Below are positions 1 to 8,336 of a stretch of DNA of 64,000 bases, one piece after another. A program made the translations under genes and the position numbers. The stretch is from a virus. How positions within the stretch are numbered: position 1 is the stretch's first letter; every line of letters starts with the position of its first letter. Below the pieces are notes generated by a model, which was not told where the DNA came from, made no database searches, and saw nothing but the letters and a program-made list of their open reading frames with translations. Where the stretch lies: positions 3,069 to 67,068 of IMG/VR virus record IMGVR_UViG_3300036791_001578; one strand, written 5' to 3'.

Positions 1-45
1 AATGAAAAAACCGTAGGCAACATCATTAAGCTGACCGCCAGGTCC

Positions 46-360
46 CTATAAAGTAAAAGGTTGCTCCTGTGGCCCGACTGGCAGTACATGATAGTAACTG
101 GCCCGTCGGTCAATAACCTCATAGTTGAGCAAGCCCCGCTGGCGCAAGTCCCTTAAAATCCGATCTGGGCTTGCTGGGGCAACCTTCAAGCGCTCGACCA
201 CAAAATCGCGCAGATCCTGGGCGTGAAAGTATCTGCCTTCTTCGCAAAATTCTATTACGACCCAGCCGATCCTACTGCGCACTCGCTCCAAGTGCTCGCC
301 CTGCGAATCGCCCCAAGCGAAAAGATCGAAGTCGCCGTCAGGACTTTTCCCTTTGCTCAT
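46..360 (-). CDS. small hypothetical protein, possible winged-helix DNA-binding protein
   Basis: 104 aa; SPDRILRDLRQRGLLNYEV segment resembles a wHTH recognition helix plus wing; overlaps the upstream ORF. Confidence 0.5.
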   Translation of the reverse strand: MSKGKSPDGDFDLFAWGDSQGEHLERVRSRIGWVVIEFCEEGRYFHAQDLRDFVVERLKVAPASPDRILRDLRQRGLLNYEVIDRRASYYHVLPVGPQEQPFTL

Positions 361-649
361 ACACGGGCTTCCACTTAGGCAGTAGTCCTTCTAGTTCATC
401 TCGATCTTGGGGCCACAAATAAGCGACGACCCACCACTCTTTGCCTTCCCGGTATTCGGCCATCAGAGTGATCATCCCGCCGGTTGGCGTTTCAACAGTA
501 CTGCCAACAGAAAAGCGGTGGAAGTTTGGAAGCGTGCCGAAGTTCTTGATGAAGTTGAGCTCCAAGAGCCGCTCGAGGTCGGGGATGTCGCCCTCTTCGT
601 TTTCATAGCCCTCAAAAAACACTGGTCGGTGTTGGCGGTAGTGAATCAT
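338..649 (-). CDS. hypothetical phage protein
   Basis: 103 aa ORF with protein-like composition, overlapping the 46..360 ORF on the same strand. Confidence 0.55.
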   Translation of the reverse strand: MIHYRQHRPVFFEGYENEEGDIPDLERLLELNFIKNFGTLPNFHRFSVGSTVETPTGGMITLMAEYREGKEWWVVAYLWPQDRDELEGLLPKWKPVYEQREKS

Positions 650-1139
650 CCGGCAGTTAGATCCTCTAAGATTTGTCCTCCAAAATTTGGATGCGCTCGG
701 CTTGAACTTTGGAAATGTCCCGAAGCACAGACAAGGCTTGGTCAGCTAGGGCTGCTTTCTTTTCGAGCTTTTCAACTCTCTCTAAGAGCAATGCTAGCTG
801 TCGCTCTTTCTCGTAGGGTTGCGGCGGCATAGGGTTTAGGCTTGCGGTTTATAGCCAGTAAAGGGGCCAATTTAATAAAATCTTTACAATTGTCTAGCAA
901 TGCAAGCTTGCAAGCAGCGTTACTGTGGAATAACCTCGCGGCGGTGGAATAATTTCCTGTAGGGCGGACAGGAGGTGATTTATACGAGAAAGAATTGGCA
1001 GAAGCCTAAGCGAAGGAAAAGAGTCTGTGCGGAAGAAGCACCGGTTTTCCAAAAATTGCGGCGCAAATTCCGTCACGCCACTTTTCCTAAATTTGTCCAG
1101 ATGGACCTTTTTGAAATTGTCGCTGCCGAGAGACAGCGT

Positions 1140-1610
1140 TGAATGCGATGCCGCAATCTCAAGCTGCTGCGGCCCGCTGACCATAATATCTGTGACTCGC
1201 AATCCAGATCCAGGGTCGCAGCAGCTTCTCTCAAAAGACTGTTCTGACTGGCACCGTCTCTGAACTACCGCTTGCTCATAACCGGCGCACATACTGGGCA
1301 GGGGCGGTGCCACTTCGAGCAGTCTTTTAACACGAATGGGGATAGCTGTCAGCTACATCGGTAGCCATACATTGAACTCCTAGAAGGATAGACAACGAAA
1401 CGAACGAATCCGATGGCCGGTGGGATCCCGGCTCCCTGTTCACCTAAATATGGTGGAGGCGCTCCCAGGTTGCCGCTGGGGAAAACCCGCTCCTATAAAA
1501 TGGACCGACGGACATTAGCCAAGGTCGCGAATTAACGCCGGAGGTTGCGCTTAAGAACGGGGCGCTCGGTACACGCCCACTCCACCACCCTTTCGTCGTT
1601 CGGATTCGTC
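1140..1610 (-). ncRNA. candidate large structured non-coding RNA or cis element
   Basis: No convincing ORF. Inverted repeats at 1161-1171/1217-1227 (11 bp), 1233-1241/1320-1328 enclosing 1249-1256/1305-1312, and 1404-1413/1600-1609; GCAA-tetraloop hairpin at 1451-1493. Strand is inferred. Confidence 0.45.
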
Positions 1611-1611
1611 T

Positions 1612-2445
1612 TTAAGCCACCTCTTGAGCTCGGCGTCCTTGTAGTTTGATTGGCGGCTGTGAATCTTCCGGCATCCAGATGCCTTCGCCGATGTGGCCGG
1701 CGCGGATCTCGGTATCAAGCACCGGCTTGATTCCGGCAGCACGAGCGCGATCGCAAAAGACCACGTCCTCACCCTTGTTACCCTGTTGTTCGAAAAACGG
1801 ATAAAAGGCGGTCGGGAACGGTGGCGTCCAGGGAAAGTGCTTCATAATGCTTTCGAAGACCGTCCGGTGGACCAACATCAATCCGGCGGCAACCCATTCG
1901 ACTGGCTGCAAGCCTCCGGCGGCTTTGCCTTCCCGCAAGCTTTGGGCGATGCGGGTATCGTTAGGATTGCGCGGTGCTAGGTCGGGCTGGATCGTTAATG
2001 GAGTACCTTTGCAGCGGCCAGCATAACAGCCACCAACCAGAGGATACTTGTGAGAAAGCAGCCGGGTAATTGTATTGTGCTGCGCAAAATTCTGGCCCTT
2101 GGTGGCGCGGGAATAGGTGAGGAAAGTTCCAGCATCGCCATATGGTATAAACACGTCGGAATCGAGCCACAAGCTCCATTCTGTCTTGCTGCGCAGGAAA
2201 CGACTGGCGAGTTCGTTTCGAGCGTTTGAGAGCAACGTATTCCCAACCAGTTCAAACCCAACGTCGAGGTGCTTTGCATAGTAGAGCAAGCTAGCAACGA
2301 CCGGGCCGCGAATTCCACCAAGGTATGGCATCAATATCGTCACAGGATATTGGGCCTTGCGGTAGGTCATGGAGAAAGTGGAACGCTCGAGATCGGTGAA
2401 ACTCTCGGCGTCTGGCGTCAAGGGATGGGCGATGGCAGTGCTCAT
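1612..2445 (-). CDS. GT-A fold glycosyltransferase (GT2-like)
   Basis: SNARNELA, SLWLDSD (DxD), AAGLMLVHRTVF, GEDVVFC and AGHIG motifs typical of phage GT2-like proteins. Confidence 0.8.
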   Translation of the reverse strand: MSTAIAHPLTPDAESFTDLERSTFSMTYRKAQYPVTILMPYLGGIRGPVVASLLYYAKHLDVGFELVGNTLLSNARNELASRFLRSKTEWSLWLDSDVFIPYGDAGTFLTYSRATKGQNFAQHNTITRLLSHKYPLVGGCYAGRCKGTPLTIQPDLAPRNPNDTRIAQSLREGKAAGGLQPVEWVAAGLMLVHRTVFESIMKHFPWTPPFPTAFYPFFEQQGNKGEDVVFCDRARAAGIKPVLDTEIRAGHIGEGIWMPEDSQPPIKLQGRRAQEVA

Positions 2446-3788
2446 GTTGTTCCGAAGTGCTCTCGCACGGCGTCCTCAGCACTCTGCCCTAGGCGCTTTC
2501 TTGGGGCCATGCCTGCGGCGATGGTCGAGGAGCCGGTGCTGTTGTTAACCCGGCTGCGGGCGGAGCTGATCTTGTTTAATTCGTCCTGGGCGGCTTTGAG
2601 TTCGGCCTGGAGTTTGGTCATTTTGGTGTTCGCGGCTTCTAAATCGCGTCGGTAGCGTTCTGCCATGACCGCCTGGACGGCAACTCGAGTCATCCCCCGC
2701 GGCCCTTGGGTCGCGGCGTCGGTAATCGCCCGCTGGAACACCGTCTCGTACTCTTTGTAGACGTTGTTATGGGCCTCAAAAGCTGCGCGTTCCTGCGCCG
2801 TCTTAGCCATGGCCAGATCTTTGGGCGCCGCCCAGTCCCCCATGGTCGGAATCAATTTCTTGGCTTCGTCTTCGGCTTCGACGCTGAAATTCTGCCAATA
2901 ATCAGCGGCTTGCTGCTGGCGGAATTTATTATAAGCGTTGGGTTCTGCCTCCATTTGGGAGCGGAACTCGTTGCGCTTCTCTTGCGCCTCGAGTAACGAG
3001 CCAATCTTACGAATCAACCGTTCCCGGTGCAGCGGATCCTGGCATTGGCTGATGACGCCCTCGTTCCAATAGGCTCGGTCCAACCGGTCTGGGCCGGCAC
3101 CGCGAATCTCTTTTTCCCATTCTGCGGCAGCGGCTGGATCTCCCGCTAGCCCCTTGACGTCTTTGATGATGTCGTCAAAGAGGGTATGCACCGGCTGCTC
3201 GTATTGGACTTGGTAACCGCTGTCATCAAAAACTTGGTGCTTGGAGTGGAAGGAACGCAGATCGTCCAGCTCTTTCTGCACCGTGGGATCGCTTACCGGG
3301 CGCACCGCGCCGCGATGAGTGAGTAGCTCTTTTTCCTGTGCTTCGACCCGTTCTCTCAGCTCTTTGGCGGCTTTCTTCTCAGTTTTGAGCATGCCTCGGA
3401 CCCGGCGGAAAGCGGCCATAGTCTCGGGGCGCGAGTCCTGATGCAGCCTGATTTGATCAAGTTCGTCGTCCGACTCATCATCGGGATGTGTCGTCGGCTC
3501 AGCTGGTGGCGCTTTAGGTTCAGGTTTTAGCTCCGGTGAGGGCTCAGTTTCCTTAGCTGGTGGCGGTTCTTCCTTTGGGGGAGCCGCAGATTCCTTAGCT
3601 CCTGGCAGCTCGGGGGATTGAGGCTCTGGTTTCTTTTCGGGCTCCGGCGCTACTTCATGCAACGGCCCGAATTCCTTATCGAAGGCTCGCTCCAAATCCA
3701 GCGCTTGCTCCGCTGTGGTGATTGTCATTTTTGGATCGACGATTTTAGGGATCGATCCAACCTGGGCGGTAGAATTGTTAGCAGCCAT
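2442..3788 (-). CDS. putative capsid scaffolding protein
   Basis: 448 aa; acidic Pro/Glu-rich N-terminus, coiled-coil-like core, short C-terminal tail; lies just downstream of the portal. Confidence 0.6.
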   Translation of the reverse strand: MAANNSTAQVGSIPKIVDPKMTITTAEQALDLERAFDKEFGPLHEVAPEPEKKPEPQSPELPGAKESAAPPKEEPPPAKETEPSPELKPEPKAPPAEPTTHPDDESDDELDQIRLHQDSRPETMAAFRRVRGMLKTEKKAAKELRERVEAQEKELLTHRGAVRPVSDPTVQKELDDLRSFHSKHQVFDDSGYQVQYEQPVHTLFDDIIKDVKGLAGDPAAAAEWEKEIRGAGPDRLDRAYWNEGVISQCQDPLHRERLIRKIGSLLEAQEKRNEFRSQMEAEPNAYNKFRQQQAADYWQNFSVEAEDEAKKLIPTMGDWAAPKDLAMAKTAQERAAFEAHNNVYKEYETVFQRAITDAATQGPRGMTRVAVQAVMAERYRRDLEAANTKMTKLQAELKAAQDELNKISSARSRVNNSTGSSTIAAGMAPRKRLGQSAEDAVREHFGTT

Positions 3789-3793
3789 AACCT

Positions 3794-4051
3794 TTAGTCA
3801 GTTACTGTGTCGACGAACTCCCTGGTTGGAGCCGATTGGAGGTCGAGCTTGCGCATCCGGTCGATTTCGTTAATCGCAAGCTGAAAGCCCTTGGCTATGG
3901 CACCGGCCATCGCCATTTTGGTTAGATCATCAGCCTCTTCGGGAAAGTCCGGTCGTTGCTGCTCGAGATAATGCAGAAACTTTTGTCCGATACTCTTTAC
4001 CAACCATTCGTTGAGTGCGACCCGATCATCGTTCGTCCAAACTATTTTCAT
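3794..4051 (-). CDS. small protein between portal and scaffold
   Basis: 85 aa helical ORF; start overlaps the portal stop (ATGA); typical podovirus position. Confidence 0.6.
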   Translation of the reverse strand: MKIVWTNDDRVALNEWLVKSIGQKFLHYLEQQRPDFPEEADDLTKMAMAGAIAKGFQLAINEIDRMRKLDLQSAPTREFVDTVTD

Positions 4052-6474
4052 GCAGGGATTCCGGTCATTGCCGCGGGATTAGCCGTCGGGGGCGGTGGGC
4101 CGCCGGGAATGCCACCAATGCCTCGGCTGGCGTGCGGCGGTACAGGAGGTTGAGCCGCGCTTGGGCCGGTGTAACCAGGCGGCATCGGACCGGTGCCTTG
4201 AGCGGCGGCAGCGGCTTGGGCTTTGGATCTAGCATCCAAAATTTGACTAAACACTTGATGGGCCTGGGTGAGTTGCTGTACGAGAGGCTGCAACTGTTTG
4301 GTCCTTTTCGTACGGGCGGCACCCGCCTTGGTCGATGAAGGCTTTTTGTCTTCGGCCTGCGCGTGCGCGTCCCCGTGCATCAACGCGAGATTCATCGTGT
4401 TCAATTCCTGCTCTGGGATTACTTCCGGCGGGACTGAACGCATGGTGTTGAGCGAACCCTGCACCTTCTGGTTTAGCGCGGTCAGGTGCTGAATATGATC
4501 GTCGCGATCGCTGACCGGTATGGCTTGCCCCTGCGTCATATCAACCCATTCGCTGTATTGCTGACGCTGCTCTTCCAAGTTGGTCGACATCGCCGGATCG
4601 CCGGCAAATAAATATTTGGCTCTCCGGTGCCCGATCATGGCGGCACCACAATCGAAATTTAACTTTCCTTGGTCCCAGTACGGATTGCCTTGAGCGACTT
4701 GTCCGAATTGCAAAAGTTTCGCGTCTTCAACCGAGCCAACGTTCGTGTTGTACTCGGTCGCCGGCGTATGAGCCAAAAGTAAGATTTCCTCCGCGGCTAG
4801 GCCTCCATCGAGCAGTTCAACAACGGTCTGGACCGCGTCTCCGTCCGCACGTCCCAGCTCCGGCGCAACCGAATAAGTCTCTTCCGCTGCCGGGTCGACT
4901 TTGCGGAGCAATTCCATCATGTCTTCGTCGACCAGTTTGATTCCGCTAGCCGAGGCAATGTCTCGCGCTTCGGTGAAGGCAAGTGCCGCCTTGATATTCA
5001 AGGGCGAGAAGATCCGGCGCTGCATCTGGCTGACCAAGTGCGTGAATTGGTTCCAGAATCGGTTCAATATTCCCTGCTTAATTTCCTCTTCTCTGGTCGC
5101 ATCGATCGTGGCTTCGGTAGCTGTCGTCTGGCTTTGTCCGTTGTTCTGAATTTGTTCGGGCATGAAGGTGCCGGCGATGATTTCCGCGATCGCGGTTAAC
5201 TTGGCATCGAGGCCCTGAATAGCTTCTGGATTAAATTGAAGCTGTTGCGCCATCAATTCGAATCCTTTGGGCAGAATCAAGAAAGGCGAGAGCACCTTGG
5301 GCTGCAAAAAAGGGATGTCTTTTTCTTCGGCAGTACCTATCAAAAGTCCAGCGATGTACTGCTGATCGAAGTACAAATTGCGCTCGCGCTCAATCGAGGT
5401 TGCAATGTTGACAAGTAATCTCCCTAATCCTTTGCTACCAAACAGCCGATCGTTGCCCGCCTGGAACGTAAACAACGTGATCAAATCCTCCATTCGCTCG
5501 GTGATATCGTCGCCGTAAAAGAGCTCGTCTCCGCCGCCGGTGTCGTCTTCGCTTTGCGGTGGCGTGTCCCGGCCACCCATAGTCGAGTTGTTGCGGTTGA
5601 CCCACCAGTGATCGACTCCGCCATCGTAGGTCCTAACAAAAACGTGGACCGTTTGGACCATCTTCGAAGCCCTATGCCAGCTGAAGTAAAGACTCCCCTC
5701 TCGTGCCATGTCGGAGAGCTGACGCGGATCGCTCGGCAAGTCTTCTCGCGGCGGCATCGCGTGCTCGATGGCCTTTTTCAAGTTCTCGACGTTGAAGCCG
5801 GCCTTTTCGGTCGTCTCTTCCTCATCAAGTAAGCTCACCAGTTCATGGATGTAGAAATCCTGCTGGACGCAGAAACAGTCCAAGCGGTGAACGTCCTGCG
5901 AAGTCTGCTCGTCAAAATAAATATCTTCCTGCCGATAGGTCCGCGGGCGCCAGTTGTGTTCGTCGAGATTCAGCGCTGCCGTATAGCCTTGCAGCACATT
6001 TTCTGTGGCTACGCGCTGGACGAAGTCCGTCCACCCAGGCCACCGGCGCAGGAGCTCGGTCGTCTTCTCTTGGAATAAATCCGTCTTGCCGGCGTAATCG
6101 TCGTAGCTGTCTGGCAGCTCGGCTGCGGTCAAGTATTTGATATCGTGGATCGCCTGACAAAACCGAGGTTGCACCCGGTCGACGATCGAAGAGAGAAATT
6201 GAGTTGAAGTATTGCTGCGCCAGCCCTGATTCTGATCGTCTAGTTCGCGCTGATCGTACGGTGGTTTTCCGTTATAGACATCTTGGATAATTTTGTTGCG
6301 AGTAGCTCTCGCTCGGTTCTGCTTCTTAAAGCGCAAAAACAAGGCGTAAGCCTGTTGGGCGCTATTGATCGGCTTATTCTGCGGCCTCCCCGTCTCGCTT
6401 AAATCGGGCGGGCTGAATTGCCCAATTCCAGCGTTCGAATCATAGGGGGGCGCACTTTTGGTCTTTGTGGCCAT
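4048..6474 (-). CDS. portal protein
   Basis: 808 aa; size, SKGLGRLL and TTATEA motifs, Gln/Pro-rich C-terminal tail; adjacent to scaffold-like gene. Confidence 0.75.
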   Translation of the reverse strand: MATKTKSAPPYDSNAGIGQFSPPDLSETGRPQNKPINSAQQAYALFLRFKKQNRARATRNKIIQDVYNGKPPYDQRELDDQNQGWRSNTSTQFLSSIVDRVQPRFCQAIHDIKYLTAAELPDSYDDYAGKTDLFQEKTTELLRRWPGWTDFVQRVATENVLQGYTAALNLDEHNWRPRTYRQEDIYFDEQTSQDVHRLDCFCVQQDFYIHELVSLLDEEETTEKAGFNVENLKKAIEHAMPPREDLPSDPRQLSDMAREGSLYFSWHRASKMVQTVHVFVRTYDGGVDHWWVNRNNSTMGGRDTPPQSEDDTGGGDELFYGDDITERMEDLITLFTFQAGNDRLFGSKGLGRLLVNIATSIERERNLYFDQQYIAGLLIGTAEEKDIPFLQPKVLSPFLILPKGFELMAQQLQFNPEAIQGLDAKLTAIAEIIAGTFMPEQIQNNGQSQTTATEATIDATREEEIKQGILNRFWNQFTHLVSQMQRRIFSPLNIKAALAFTEARDIASASGIKLVDEDMMELLRKVDPAAEETYSVAPELGRADGDAVQTVVELLDGGLAAEEILLLAHTPATEYNTNVGSVEDAKLLQFGQVAQGNPYWDQGKLNFDCGAAMIGHRRAKYLFAGDPAMSTNLEEQRQQYSEWVDMTQGQAIPVSDRDDHIQHLTALNQKVQGSLNTMRSVPPEVIPEQELNTMNLALMHGDAHAQAEDKKPSSTKAGAARTKRTKQLQPLVQQLTQAHQVFSQILDARSKAQAAAAAQGTGPMPPGYTGPSAAQPPVPPHASRGIGGIPGGPPPPTANPAAMTGIPA

Positions 6475-6527
6475 CGGACTCGCAATCCAATGGCGATTTT
6501 GCTCGCGCCTTTAACACAAAGCAAGGG

Positions 6528-7187
6528 CTAAGAACTAACCGCGGCTTCGGTTAGCTTCCAGCATTCGGGCGGAGGCGTGCCCCGCGGCTTGGAATAATCT
6601 TGTTCTAGCCACACACTCAACTCGAGTAACGTGCCGTAGCTGACGCAGTAACGGAGCTTTTTATCGAGCGCGGTCGAATGCGTTCCGCGGATTAAGGTCG
6701 CTCGCCGGATCGCGTTATCGTTGCAAGGTGCGCAGCCGGTGCGCCAGCTGCGATTCAAGGGACATTCCACGCAGATTCGAGCGCGTTCATGGGCGCGAGC
6801 TTGATCGATCCACCTTAATTCTTCTTGCTGTCCGAGGCCGGTGATCCAGTCTTCGATTCTGGTGAGGGGTCGCCGGTAATCGACTCGCTGGATTGGTCCT
6901 GGCCATTTGCCTTCGGCCATGAGCTGCAACTGTGCGCGAGAGCCGGTGCAAGAATGTGGCCACCGGCCACAAAGATAAAAAGTGATATCGTGCTCAACTT
7001 GTTCCTTAGTGGCGGTGCCGATCGCCACGATCTCTAAATTGTTTAGCCTGAAACGCAAAACGAAATCGAGCAGCTGAGTGTAAGTCGCTGCTTCGATTCG
7101 CTGATGCTTTGGGCGTTGCGGGCTGGATGTCAACTTCTGCATGAAGTGCCATCCTCCCGGTGGCACAACGCCCTCCACCACCCTCAC
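6528..7187 (-). CDS. Cys-rich hypothetical protein, probable metal-binding
   Basis: RARICVECPLN...CAPC...C...CWK pattern; GTGA-coupled to the upstream HNH gene. Confidence 0.65.
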   Translation of the reverse strand: MRVVEGVVPPGGWHFMQKLTSSPQRPKHQRIEAATYTQLLDFVLRFRLNNLEIVAIGTATKEQVEHDITFYLCGRWPHSCTGSRAQLQLMAEGKWPGPIQRVDYRRPLTRIEDWITGLGQQEELRWIDQARAHERARICVECPLNRSWRTGCAPCNDNAIRRATLIRGTHSTALDKKLRYCVSYGTLLELSVWLEQDYSKPRGTPPPECWKLTEAAVSS

Positions 7188-7774
7188 TGTTGAGCCTCCT
7201 CAATGGAATCAGATTCTTGTTTCTCCTCTTTCCAGAGTTTCTGAGCGGCAATGTCGTAGATTGTTCTACGACAGACTCCAAACATCTCTACAAGCTCTCC
7301 CCTGAATCCAACCAGCCAAAGTAATCGAATCCTGCGGGCCTTCTCCAATGTGATCTTGGTGCTTCGACGATTCCGCGATTGTTCGATAGGGGTTCCCCAT
7401 TTGCAATTTTCTGGGGTATAACCTTTTGAGTTGTCTATGCGTTCGACCGAAATACGGGGTCCCTTCGGTTTTGGACCCATATCTTCAAAGAATGCTTCAA
7501 AATTAGACCAGCGCTCGCAAACCGTAATTCCACGACCACCCCAATCTTTATAACCAGGGCAGGTAGGATCCGAGCATCGCCGTCTCAATGATCTCCAAGA
7601 CTGATATTCCGGTGTCCTACTACGACTATGAGTTTTGACGGTGTCTCGTCCACAATCGAAGCAGCAAAATCTTCGCGACTGGAAATTGACTACCGATTCG
7701 CGCTGGCCTCGCACAAAAACATTCCCGCAGGCCTCGCATGATTTACTGAAAGTTTCGATCTTCCTCATCGCCAA
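7184..7774 (-). CDS. HNH homing endonuclease
   Basis: Zn-ribbon N-terminus, YKDWGGRGITVCERW, SVERIDNSKGYTPENCKW and a C-terminal HTH. Confidence 0.9.
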   Translation of the reverse strand: MAMRKIETFSKSCEACGNVFVRGQRESVVNFQSRRFCCFDCGRDTVKTHSRSRTPEYQSWRSLRRRCSDPTCPGYKDWGGRGITVCERWSNFEAFFEDMGPKPKGPRISVERIDNSKGYTPENCKWGTPIEQSRNRRSTKITLEKARRIRLLWLVGFRGELVEMFGVCRRTIYDIAAQKLWKEEKQESDSIEEAQQ

Positions 7775-7796
7775 CGATGCAGTCCCTCAGTGACCC

Positions 7797-8027
7797 TCAT
7801 CGATTGCCGTGGTAATCGTCAGTGCCTTTGGCGTCGAGATTTTTGAACTCAGGGTCAAAGGGAGCTCGGTCGTACCAGGGTTCGCTGTAGACTTTGAGCT
7901 TTGGCGCTGGACCTGGGACCGGCTTGGTATCGTCTCGAGTAATCGTCTCGTGTTTGGTAAACCCGGTGCGGGTAACGCTGTCTTTGAGAGCGGCTTTGTC
8001 GCCGCCCCAATCTCCACTTTTAGCCAT
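7797..8027 (-). CDS. small hydrophilic hypothetical protein
   Basis: 76 aa ORF in the structural operon, following 8043..8321. Confidence 0.5.
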   Translation of the reverse strand: MAKSGDWGGDKAALKDSVTRTGFTKHETITRDDTKPVPGPAPKLKVYSEPWYDRAPFDPEFKNLDAKGTDDYHGNR

Positions 8028-8042
8028 AAAATATTCCTTGGT

Positions 8043-8321
8043 TTATTCCTTGAAGGCTTTGTAGCCGTGCGGATTAGGCAGGCTACCTTCGCGCTCATGG
8101 AAGGCTGGATGATCCTCGTTGCGGTTGCCGCCAGGACCACTCGGGCCGGTCTTAAATGGGCTCAGTTCAGTCACGTTGCGGCTGGCCGTGTCGATATTGA
8201 CGTTGGGCGTAAAGCCTTCGCGAACGTGCTCTTTACTCGTACTTCCACCGATGCTCGTCGAGCCAGTGTCGCCCTTCTTAAAGGGAGTTAATTCACCTGT
8301 TCCAACTTTCGCTTTTGCCAT
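8043..8321 (-). CDS. small Gly-rich hypothetical protein
   Basis: 92 aa with internal repeat ELTPFKKG/ELSPFKTG. Confidence 0.55.
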   Translation of the reverse strand: MAKAKVGTGELTPFKKGDTGSTSIGGSTSKEHVREGFTPNVNIDTASRNVTELSPFKTGPSGPGGNRNEDHPAFHEREGSLPNPHGYKAFKE

Positions 8322-8336
8322 AGGACTTGGAAATTT

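Noticed and set aside
894-1313. 139-aa minus-strand ORF and overlapping 1027..1263 ORF
   Set aside because: Unprotein-like composition; the region is better explained by long inverted repeats
1451-1493. tmRNA/tRNA-like 3' end (CGCCTCCACCA on the minus strand)
   Set aside because: No T-arm GTTCGA, cloverleaf or tmRNA 5' end found; kept only as part of the ncRNA candidate
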